Source: Octopus vulgaris (taxonomy: Eukaryota). From it: a stretch of 64,000 nucleotides of DNA. The translations under genes were made by a program, and so were the position numbers. How positions within the stretch are numbered: the first letter of the stretch is position 1; every line of letters starts with the position of its first letter. The notes under the pieces are model-generated. The model made no database searches, had not been told where the DNA came from, and saw nothing but the letters and a program-made list of their open reading frames with translations. Shown here in pieces: positions 52,600-64,000 of the stretch. The stretch is taken from NCBI GenBank assembly GCA_951406725.2, contig OX597825.1:19778001-19842000 (forward strand), given 5' to 3'.

Positions 52600-54827
52600 C
52601 TAAAATTGACAAATAAAATTATTTCACTCGAATACACAAAACTTTCTAACATATAGCTCAGCTTACCCGACATACCATCCATTTTAAGTTCTGTGAATTC
52701 AACGTTATTTTATTCTAATGCTTTTAGTCTCAAAATAGATAAAACCTAATCTCAAACGCGTATTATAGTTTACTAACATTTTGAGTTCCTACATATGATG
52801 GGCTTTACAAATAAATAGCTGCTTTATGATCCTGTGGAAGCATTTAAAAGAGAATAGAATATTTTTGCGTGTATTGTGACAGTGTGTATGAAAAGTAATA
52901 TTAATTTTTATTGATAAAATACGACTTAGGTCATAACGTGTATTACTGATATAATAGGAGGAGACTTTGTCTGGAAAATATGCATGTGACAAATGTATTA
53001 GGTTTGATGCGTTTGTTACTACATGTGTATACATGTAATCTCTTCCATTATTCCGCGAAATCATTTAGTCGTTATTTCACCGTATTTTACTTAAAGTCAA
53101 GAATTTCTGATATATAGAAATATATTAAGAAAATAAATATTAGACATGTTGCCCTATATTTCATACAAGAAAAAGTACAATATTTTGATAAATTCTATTG
53201 TCATAAATAGTCTAACTCATTGAACAAATTGTTACCGACACTGACAATCAGCAATCCCCTAAAATTCTTGATTTTAACTTTATAGTCTTTCCTGCAAAGT
53301 TATTTATTACAATTTATATATTTTCTTACATAAAATATCAGTTCGCCAATTATGCGAGTTTCATAGATATGAACATACAATTAAATGATATAGTTTATTA
53401 AAGTACGCTACACTTTGTCAGAAAATCAGTATAGTGTGAAGAAATGTAGAGATTTTGCCAACATACCTAAAGAAATTTATTTATGAGTGACTGCTTTTCG
53501 TGCTGAAATCAAGATGACAGACTTTGGCTTTCATCCCTTTAAGTTTAAATGAATATACATTAGGTATTTAATGTGTTTGTTTCAATAGCATATGCCATCC
53601 CCTATAAAACTATATTAACGAGCCAACAGTTGAAAATAATATTGCTTTGTCACATTCATTCTCTTCTAGCAGCTATTTTTATTCACTTTACCAGAGATAA
53701 TACGGGAGTTATATTTGTGTAATTATTTTATTACAAAACAACATTTTGTTTGATCAAGGGCGAATTCTTCCTGTCTGAAAATCGCGTTTGTGATTTTAAA
53801 GGAATGCATATAATTGGGCGAAAGTGTATTAATATTTGAGATTCAATAGCATCCAACCACTGAAGACTGTTACATTGTGTTTGAGATAAAATATAAAATA
53901 CAAAACTCCCTGGTGACTTTGAATATGACTTGGAACAGCTTGACAGGTTAAACAACAGGTGTAATATCAAATTGACGAGGGTTTCGCCTACTCAGTGTGC
54001 AAACACGATTATTAACTATTTATTAACCAATACCATTTCTATATTTCAGATGTTTTGCTACTGGAGATTATAAATAACATAAGAGAAACGAAAAGCTATT
54101 TAAAAAAAATGTATTATGACAAAATATCGGAGTTACATGATAATAGGAGGTCGCATTTACATTTCCTGTGAATGCAGAAAAAAAATAAATGTATTCGATT
54201 TGAAACAAAGGATACATAAATGGATAATAAGATTTGCCGAAAAATAAAGAAAGCCCAAATGAGGCAATTTGCTAATATCTATGTTGTGATTTTCAATAAT
54301 TCACATGATGCTATCAACAATTTAAAGTCATCCGTTGTAAGTGTTGTGATTTAAGTGACAGAATGATAGCGAAAATTGAAATCCCAAACAGAATGTCATG
54401 TTTGAATAATGACGATATCCTTATGGACTTCTCAGATGTTTATTTATTAAAATAATGGAAATGATGTTGGTGTTTTTCTACGACGAAATCATTGATTTGA
54501 ACGAAACATAAAAGTGAAGTTTGATGTAGCATCTTAACAGCTTTAGTTGAAATATATTCATATATTTACATATGTATACGTGTATTTATATGCGAAAGGT
54601 TACATACTTGTGTGCGTGTATTACTGGAAAGTTTTAAACAAAATTAAACACACTGTTCCTCTATTTGTTCCTCGCTTGACATTCTAATTTAGGGAAAGTT
54701 TTATATGATATATTCGAGATTACTTTAATTAGATTTCTTATATTTTGTGGTTCTTCAATACTGTTGTGGTTGCAAATCATGAGTGTCGAGATGAACTTAC
54801 AATTCTTTTCCGGTTGAATTAAAATAT

Positions 54828-55087
54828 TTCTGTTGTGTCTGGAAAGAGTCATTTTTTTATTGTGATTTATAATATACCACACTCACCGGTAAAATTTCCA
54901 CATTTTTTTTATTTTTATTTTTCTAAAATTTTCGTTGCGTCTTGCAACCTGGAAATTTTACCGAAGTTTGCAAGACGCAACGAAAATTTTAGGAAAATAA
55001 AAATAAGAAAAAAGGGGAAATTGTACCGGTGAGTGTGTTATATTATAAGGCACAAAAAGAAAATGACTCTCCCCAGACACAACAGAA
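54828..55087. repeat. Imperfect fold-back: ~120-bp arms with a 20-nt spacer (possibly inverted Penelope pLTRs)
   Basis: 54828-54947 is the reverse complement of 54968-55087, including gacacaacagaa, accggtgagtgtg and ttgcaagacgcaacgaaaatttta. Confidence 0.9.
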
Positions 55088-55689
55088 TATGCTTCAACAC
55101 ACGAACAAGAATCTTGCAATCCAAATTCAAAAACGAAATAAAATATTTCTATTTTATTCCTATTACATATAACCGTTCCATTCATAAATGTGCAATTACT
55201 ATATGAGATAAATTATTTTATCTTGTTTGAGTTTCAGAGATTTTTAAGTCTTCAGTCTCATACTCTGTCGTGTAAAACCGTGTCTAAACGAAAGTTATTC
55301 TGACACTCTAGTTTTAAATTAGAAAAGACGTGCGACTAGTAGACTTACTCTGATTCAATATTCCTACTTCATGTTATCGCTTCGTGTTACGTTCGCTTGG
55401 ACATTTTTGACGCATAGGTTAGAGTAATATATAACGCAGAATATACTTACCTATTATTTAGATTGATTTTTACTCAGTAAGTGTGCTTTATTAATCGGTA
55501 ATTATAATGGAAAGATATGGAATGCTAGTTAAATTTTAGCAATTTTGGCAGAATATATCGCAAGAAATACGATTATTAGGAACATTTCTATCAAACAAGT
55601 TGTAGAACTTAAAATTTTTCGTCGTGGTTTCTAGGCAGTGCTTATCATTATCTTACTTTATATACAGGGTGTTCTGGCTAAATTTGACG

Positions 55690-56270
55690 GCTGTTTATGT
55701 TTCCATTTTTTCAAGAACAGTTTCGTGTATTGAACAGTCAATAGCGTTGGAAAGTCTTCGAATTAGCTTTCTTCCTTTCTGGTTTTGAGAAGCCTAATTT
55801 CTCAAGATTGGTATTTAGGTAGTGTGTTACGTATCCGAGGACCCCAATAATTACAGTTATAAACATGAACTTGTAATCTTGATAGAGTAACTGCAGATTT
55901 CTCAATAGTTCAGCGTAGGCATTCTCTGATCTTCAGCTTGATGTTAACATCCACAACTATGCACAGTTTCTCTTCTCTACCCAAATCATTACATTAGGTC
56001 TGTTGTGCATACATTTTATTGAGGTCTTCACTGAGACATTCCACCAATACTCGTTTTATTACGAGTGGCTATGGTCTCTACCATACTGTGGGTTCTTATT
56101 TCTTATATAATCCTGATTGTCGCTACTACTATAATAATAGTTGCAGTTGTGTCTGCTATTTACCATAGCCGTAGCAGAGGGACAGTGGTCACGTACTTGA
56201 GTCAGTAATGTAGTTTGGCTGGTAGGCACTATGGAATCTGTTGGAATGCCAGTAGCTGCGAAACTACGTG
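55690..56270 (-). pseudogene. Decayed C-terminal RLE domain of a second R4/Dong-like LINE
   Basis: Across frameshifts: EYWWNVSVKTSIKCMHNRPNVMIW, REEKLCIVVDV, YAELLRNLQLLYQDYKFMFITVIIGVLGY. Confidence 0.7.
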
Positions 56271-57240
56271 GTAGTCTTATAACATTCACGTTTTCATTCT
56301 TGTTTATACAGTTGGTTAATTTTCGATTTTTTAATCGAATGCATGTACGTATGCAATGTATGTATATAGACATAGTTGCTCGTCGTATACATAGATATGT
56401 GTATGTCTGGATGTGTGTCTGTGAGAGCGTTTTCTTTTTTCTTTGTGCGGGGATGGCAAACTGTTTAAGAAATTCCTGATATTCACGAAGTCTTGGTTCG
56501 TTCCTGTAGCATCACATCCTTTGCAAGTGACAAGTATCATATATTCTGGACGACAAAGTCTTCTAATAAAATCGAAAATAACATTCGGGGGATATACTTC
56601 CCCGCTAATAAAGTGGAAGCATAATTTCTTACGAAAGAATACTAGATAATCAATTCCCTAGAGTCTGAGACAGAATTCTTCCCGTTATTTATTCATTTGA
56701 ATGTTTTTCAAGTATTGAGATCAAATTGGTCAAGAATTTTGTCAAATGGCATTTCATTCTTCAAAGGTCAAAAATTATCTACAAACCAAGTATCGATTTT
56801 CAGTTAATCAATTGATTGATTCCTTATGATATTGACTATAACTTGCTTGAAAAATTAGTAACTTATAAAATTTTACAAGCATCGTTTTTCCAATATATTC
56901 CAATATATTTTAGTACTTTTCCTTCGTTACATTGAGCTATGCTTACTCGATTCCTACGTTTTATCAAGCAATATTTTGTGCCTTCGTTACTTCCTATTCT
57001 TTCCTCAGATTTATACTTTTCACATGAATTAAGGAACTCTATTTTTAATGTTGCTACCATAATAATATAAGCGTGGCTAACACACAAAACAACCAGTGAT
57101 CAGCGAAGAAAGTTTTTAAAAACATTTAGTATTGTGTTGAAATTTTCGCCTTACATTTTAAATGTACATGTTTGGTGATGCAAACAGGAAAAATATAACT
57201 CAGAACGAGTGGATGTCTTTATGTGTGTGTGTATGTACAC

Positions 57241-57330
57241 ATTATTATTGTTGTTGTTGTTGTTATTATTATTGTTATTATTATTAAAATTATTATTATT
57301 ATTATTATTGTTATTATTATTATTATTATT
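57241..57330. repeat. (TTA/TTG)n tract at the 3' end of the Dong-like LINE
   Basis: Direct inspection. Confidence 0.95.
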
Positions 57331-59093
57331 CTGTTTGACTTTTGCTTTATGTCTGTACAAGTTGGCTCCAAGTCTCACCCAGAGACCTCAAGAGACAACA
57401 GGTTGGAAGTTCTGTGCCATATATTTGGGTTTTTTTTTCTTTTTTTTTTTTTTGGTGTTGTACTAGTGAATGTCTAATACATAAAAAAAATAATAATAAA
57501 TAAATAAAAAAAAAAGTTTGTTTTAAACCTTGGGATTACATAGAGAGTATTTTGCGTAGGATATGAGCAGTTCCCATGAGCACTATCTTTTGAATTTCTG
57601 CCATTTTGGGGTTTCCTGATATCTGAGTTAGGTAGCAATCAGTCCCTTTCGCTATCATTCCCAGGGCACCTATGACAACAGGTATTGTTTTAGTCTTCAG
57701 CTTCCACATTTTGCTGATTTCTATTTCAAGATCTTTATATTTGCTCAGTTTTTGGTAGGTCTTGACAGATACGTTTATATCGATTGGGACAGTCATATCA
57801 ATGAGGAGGCATGTTCTTTGTCTGAAGTCTTTCAATATAATGTCTGGCCTATTTGCATCTATCTTCCTGTCAGTTTGAATAGTGAAGTTCCAGAGGAGTG
57901 AGATGTGGTCATTTTCAAGCACAGGAGGTGGATTGTGTTCTCACCAGTTTTTTTCATGGGGCAAATCCAGGTTTTTGCAAATTACCTAGTGAATATATTG
58001 TGCAGCTCTATCATGCCTACTGAGGTACTCTGTAGGCGCTAGAAGACTGCATTTGGAGACAACATGATCAATGGTTTCATTTTGTTGTCGGCATACACGA
58101 CATGTTGGGCTACTGCCGTTCTTTAATATGTTGGCCTGGTAGTTTCTTGTTGGTAGGCATTGATCTTGAGCTGCTATGATAAACCCCTCTGTTTCAGATT
58201 TTAAGCCAGAGGCCATTAGCCATTGATGTGTCAGGGCTTTGTCGATATCTGCATTATTCGCTCTCTTTGAGTATTTGCCATAGAGAGGTTTTTCTTGCCA
58301 TTTATTATTCAGAATATCTAAGGCTGCAGTTTTGGCACGGGTTTTCATGCGCCTAGCTTTTTCTGTGCTTGTTTCTTGTATATCTATCTCTAATTCCGAA
58401 ATTGGTTGTATTCGGAATTCACTTAGATATTCCTTTGCCTGTTTTGTGACTGAGTATGATGCTTTCTTGTTTTCATGTTTTGAGACAAGTTTTAACATCC
58501 AGTCCTCAGAGTTTTTCAGGTAGGTGTCTAGGCCAATTGTAGCAATCTTCATTGTTATTGCCAGTTGCAAAAGACCACGGCCTCCCTCTTTTCTTGGCAG
58601 ATAGAGTCGTTCTGTATCTGCCTTAGGGTGGTGCATTCTATGCATTGTCAACAGTTTCCTTATTTTTCTGTCGAGCTGACATATTTCAGTAATTGACCAG
58701 TTAACAATATTGAAACTGTAAGTCACGACTGGTATGGCTAATGCATTGATCGCTTCGATCCTGTTTCTTGCATTCAGCTCTGTCTTGAGTATTGCTCTCA
58801 CTCTTCGATAGCATTCTCTCCTGATCCTTTCCTTCATCTCTGAATGCCTTATTCCGTTCCCTTCAATTACCTCTAGGTACTTGTAGCTCTCCGCTGGGTC
58901 TAGTTCTTTTATGACATTCTGTTGGTCAAGGTTAACGTTAGATGTTTCTGTCATTTTTCCTTTGATAAAGGTAGCCTTTGCACATTTATCGAGGCCGAAT
59001 TGCATTCTGATGTCGTCACTGAATTGTTTGATTATCGCTAGTAAGCCCTTGAGTTGTTCGTCATTTTTTGCAAAAAGCTTTAAATCATCCATG
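57331..59093 (-). mobile_element. 5'-truncated R4/Dong-clade non-LTR retrotransposon inserted in (TAA)n
   Basis: MDDLKLF, FGLDKCA, YKYL, CRVCRQQNETIDHVVSKC (CCHC), NRPDII..LIDMTVP..KLSKYKDL..PVVIGALG (RLE). Flanked on both sides by (TAA)n. Confidence 0.92.
57536..59092 (-). pseudogene. RT C-terminal half, zinc finger and restriction-like endonuclease ORF, with two in-frame stops
   Basis: ORFs 57986-59092 and 57536-57922 are in the same frame, interrupted by TAG (57986) and TGA (about 57941). Confidence 0.9.
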
Positions 59094-59094
59094 A

Positions 59095-59116
59095 TTTATT
59101 ATTATTATTATTATTA

Positions 59117-59154
<38 letters not shown>

Positions 59155-59208
59155 GTTATTATTATTATTATTATTATTATTATAATTATTATTATAATTA
59201 TTATTGTA

Positions 59209-59240
<32 letters not shown>
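59095..59240. repeat. (TTA)n microsatellite, 5' flank of the Dong-like LINE
   Basis: Direct inspection. Confidence 0.95.
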
Positions 59241-59380
59241 GAATATTTACCAGAAGCGAGAGTTTCGTGCGTCATCCTATATTCTTTTCTCCGGTGAGGT
59301 TTACTGACAAACCTGAATGTCGGCATTAAGAATTTAACACGAACTATATTCGATGAAGGATTTGCGCACACGCATAACAA

Positions 59381-59472
<92 letters not shown>

Positions 59473-59619
59473 TAGTTGAGGTTATAAAAGATAATGGTAT
59501 CATTGAGACCCAAAGGTGTCAGGTATTGCCGAATAAATGCTATAGACAGACCATAGTTAACTTCCAAATTCGGTAATTTTTGCGAATAAGGGTTTCAACG
59601 TTGGTTCTATGTCAGCGTG

Positions 59620-60030
59620 TGTATATAAGATTTTTTTAATTAATAAGAAAAAAAGACCCAAAAGTGTAGGTATTAGAGCATTTATACATAGAAGTTCTTT
59701 CAGCTGTTTCTAGGATATTTATTAATTATATCCCTTCATCGGAGACGGTGTGAGAGGATGGTTAAGTTATAGTTAGTTTAGATGTGATATAAAATAGAGA
59801 GTGGGGTGGAGGAAAGAAAATAGATGCAAGATATGTATGGATATTGAAGTTATAAATCCATTTTTAAGGAATAGTGGTATATGTGCAATATCCCAATATA
59901 CCATGAGTAAAGTCCAAAAGTCCAACAGAGATTAAAATGGTTCCTTCCAAATATAGAGTTTATAATTGATGTAAGATTCCCTTATGAGTGAGATCCAAGG
60001 AAACGAGTGAAATCCTGGGATGACCAAGTT
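59620..60030 (-). mobile_element. Probable Penelope-like 3'/pLTR remnant with a degenerate hammerhead (59695-59746)
   Basis: gucu CcGAUGA ag ggaua..uaucc ua GAAAC agcu GaA aga; palindromic stem III; two core substitutions. Confidence 0.45.
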
Positions 60031-60246
60031 TAAACATCTGTCATTTGTTTACGTATTCCATCGTAAAGTTATTTGCATCGTTGGTGACACTCTGTAATTA
60101 TATATGCATGTATATATATATTATATTATATATTATATATATATTTATATATTTATATATATATACTTATATGTGTATAGTTATATATATATATATATAT
60201 ATTTATATGTGTATAGTTATATATATATATATTTATATGTGTATAG

Positions 60247-60286
<40 letters not shown>

Positions 60287-60319
60287 GTGTATAGTTATAT
60301 ATATATATATATATATTCT

Positions 60320-60538
60320 ATTATTTGTTTCAGTCATTTGACTGTGGCCATTCTGGATTAACGCCTTTAGTCGAGCAAATCAAACCCAGGACTTACTCTT
60401 TGTAAGCTTAGTACTTATTGTATCTGCATCTGTTGCTGAACCGCTAAGTTACGGGGACGTAAACACACCAGCATCGTTTGTCATGAGATTTTGAAAGGAG
60501 AAACACAGACGCGCAAACATGTACACACAGGCACGCAA

Positions 60539-60610
<72 letters not shown>

Positions 60611-60765
60611 TTAAATACGACGGGCTTCTTTCCGTTTCTCTCTACGAGATCCACTCAGATGGCCCGAGGCTACAGTAGAAGACACTTGTCGAAGATGTCA
60701 TGTAGTGGGACTGAACCCGAAACCATGAGGTTGGTTAATAAGTTAAGTTACCACACAGCCATTCC
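60320..60765 (-). mobile_element. SINE family B, diverged
   Basis: tgtttcagtcatttgactgtggcca...ttaccacacagccattcct. Confidence 0.9.
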
Positions 60766-60768
60766 TAT

Positions 60769-60825
<57 letters not shown>

Positions 60826-61001
60826 TGGTATATTATGTTAATGACGTAGTAGAATACACTATAAAGCTCGGCCTCCTTCAGATTTTTCCTTTGCTATCCA
60901 GTAGTAGTGTTAAACGTACTGGAGAACTACATTGCGTGCAAACAATTTTCGTGATTAAAAAATAAATAAACCGTTCTCATTCTTGGTGACTCCAATTTTG
61001 T

Positions 61002-61190
<189 letters not shown>

Positions 61191-61512
61191 GTGCATGTAT
61201 GCTTGTGTGTGGGTGTATTGTGTATGTCTCTTTGTATGAGTGTTCGTGTATCTCTGCGTCTTTGTCTCAGAGACAGAGAGACGTGGAGAGAGAGAGAGAC
61301 AGAAAGTGAGGGAGGGGGGGTAGAGATAAAATAAAAGAATAGAATTACCAAAATCTGTATTTCAACAAACATTTTATTTTTATTCTATTCACTATAAACT
61401 GTGCAACTTAGCATTTTGCAGCCTAATCCATTATGCATTTTTATGTTTGGTATTGGTGTCAAATTCACTATTCCTGAATTCAAATTAAGTAGACTTTCAG
61501 CAAAACAAAATG

Positions 61513-61572
61513 AAAAGAAGAAGAGGAAGAAGAAGAAACAACAACAACAACAACAATACTAATAATAATAAC

Positions 61573-61652
<80 letters not shown>

Positions 61653-61660
61653 CAACAATG
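61513..61660. repeat. (GAA)n-(CAA)n-(TAA)n compound microsatellite
   Basis: Direct inspection. Confidence 0.95.
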
Positions 61661-62269
61661 TAAATAATGGAAAAAATTCTATTCGTAATCAATTTCTGTG
61701 TCTTTAGGGTTTAATTTCTTATATTTTCCGCAAGACAATTAACGAAAGAAAATTATTTTTCTATGACAAAGTATTATTGAAACTTGTAACTATCATCTGT
61801 CTTTGAGACGTCAATAATTTCTTTATTTATTTCCTTGTCCATTATCTCCATATTCAATAATGATAACAATAACTCATTAGTCATAGTGTTCTTCACAGCT
61901 GTATATTATTTCCTCAGGAACATTTTCCATACTATCGACAACAATGCAGTGACTGAACCTAATTAGAGATCGATATACTTCAGATTTCAATTTATCATAT
62001 TTTTCATTTGACTACGGAGAATATGCAAAGAAATTTGTTATTGTCAAATTCAAATAGAAAATAGTGACACAGTCATGGTGAGAATATTGTTTCTGAATGA
62101 TGATCGATGTAAAAGGTTTCGAACAGCAGTAACTAAAATCGTAAAACAATAGTCTCGAAACGACACTCCTTTTCATGTTGAAGTGTTCCTTGTAAAGCGC
62201 GCACAGTATCATACACACGCACAAATACAGAGATTGCAATTGTTGTGCATGTAGATAGCATGAATGTAG

Positions 62270-62400
62270 TTATGGCAGTGTGGTAAGAAGTTTGCTTCCC
62301 AACGACATGGTTCCGGGTTCAGTCCGAATATGTGGTAGCTGGAAGAAGTGTCTTCTACTATAGCCTTCGACCGACCAAACACTTTTGAGGGGATTTCGTA
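62270..62400 (+). mobile_element. Family B SINE 5' half
   Basis: ggcagtgtggtaagaagtttgcttcccaac..atggttccgggttcagtcc. Confidence 0.8.
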
Positions 62401-64000
62401 AAAGGGTAACTATCTATATATATATATATAACTTTCTATATATATATAAAGGGGAAGTTTATGAAAATGAACAAAAGACGAAGGCAGGTAGAGTCGGATG
62501 GATTAAGGGATTATTATCGTGTCCAAACATTTAGAATGTCTTTTTTGTACTTTTTGATACACTAGGAACGTTCCCGAGAGTAGCTTTCATTTCCAGTCAA
62601 ATATTCTGTACAAATGATCTAGCATAATTTAGAAAGATGGCAATTTTTAGATCTCTATGCTTCGCACATATGGCAACAACGACAGTTCCTTTTCATTTCT
62701 TGTGACAGCATTTCATCTACCAGGGAGCATCTAAAAAAATAAAAACCTTTTAATTGGTTTTGAAGAGAGTAAGGTACTTCTAACAATACAGCGTGTGAAT
62801 TTATGGGTATGTGTGTATATGATTGTGCATATATATATACATACATAGACACACACAAACACACACATATATGCATATATACATACACGCACAAGCATGC
62901 ACACACACACACACGTGGACACTCACAAACGCACACGCGTATATATATGGTACGATAAAGACAGACGGACACGGACAGAGAGAAAAACAGAGTCATCGAG
63001 GCGCGTATCACTCTATATGTCTATACATTTGCATGATATTTTTCTATAATATTCACAAGTAATATACGTGGAATTAAGACTTAACATACGTTACAGCTTT
63101 AATACTTAAACCGTTATAATGAACGCTAAATCTATAGAAAAATAATTACCAAAACTACTAAAATATTTTCTCGACACCATTGTACCAGTGTTGAAAAATA
63201 TTTATAAATTCATCTAAGCGAACGGAAAGCCGAGATTTGATGTCCTGGCATTTTAATTTAAGTCGAAACTAAGACTAATCCCCAACATAGAATAACCGGA
63301 TTATAGCACTCTACAGTTTTATTTCGTTCCCTTACAATAGGACGAGCATTCATAAATCAAATTTTATTGATAATATGAAGTGAAGTGACAACTCCATTAA
63401 TGTATTGTCATGTTAAGACAAACTAAGAACAAGTTGACATGAGGTCTTTTGTTGCTTTAGATTTCAATGCATATGAAACAAACTATTATAATTTTCTTTC
63501 AGAATTGATGGGTTTATTTTCTATGTTATTTATATCTTTGCTTACTTGTTTTTATTTCCTCTATATGTATTTTTGAGTTTGACGAGAAAATTTCTCGATA
63601 ATTCCTTATGTTTTAATGTGTAACCATTTCTCGATTGTCTTATCTATGTCGCTTCCTGAAAGGTGTATGAATGAGGTTTCTCCGCTTTTATGACAAAATA
63701 TTTTAAACTAGGCTGAGCTTTTTGTTTGTTATCTATTACGAGCGGATGGTAAAACATGAATCAAAGTCTATGGTAGCATTCAAAACACGTCTAAATCATA
63801 ACGTGTACTGTTGAAAAGCACCAAACAAATATGTTGCATCTGTTTAACGTTGAAGTCTACGAACACTAGACAGTATCTTATTTCGATAGATAAACAACAT
63901 ATTGGTATAGCTCTGGACGACAACTGGACGAATTCCAATGAAATCTTAAATACCGATGCAGCTTTTGCTGAGTGTTTACGAAACTCACTAGCAACCACGT

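Noticed and set aside
63780-64000. Frames open on both strands at the window end
   Set aside because: Only about 70 codons, no recognisable domain or splice signal, and truncated by the window edge.

Overview
AT-rich, microsatellite-dense eukaryotic DNA that is intergenic or intronic. The SINE families and the (TA)n/(CA)n/(TAA)n load resemble an octopus (coleoid cephalopod) genome; this is inferred from repeat content only. No intact host protein-coding gene is supported, and most listed ORFs are translations of microsatellites or SINEs. The window holds three tRNA-derived SINE families (about 30 copies, several in self-nested arrays) and decayed non-LTR retrotransposons: Hero-like, two R4/Dong-like, CR1-like, RTE-like and a zinc-knuckle ORF1 element. 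It also holds Penelope-like remnants, two mariner relics, a pogo/Tigger-like MITE and a Helentron/DINE-like element. The most interesting signal is at the RNA level. A hammerhead ribozyme core with its strands in a rearranged, non-circularly permuted order lies in the 3' UTR of the Hero-like LINE (48176-48290, minus strand). There are also two apparently complete minimal type I hammerheads (34745-34787 plus, 12853-12897 minus) and several degenerate ones. Other oddities are a 110-bp duplication flanking a SINE, 149-bp inverted repeats 3.6 kb apart, and an apparent RGTAT target preference that may explain the SINE self-nesting. All alignments and folds were done by eye.
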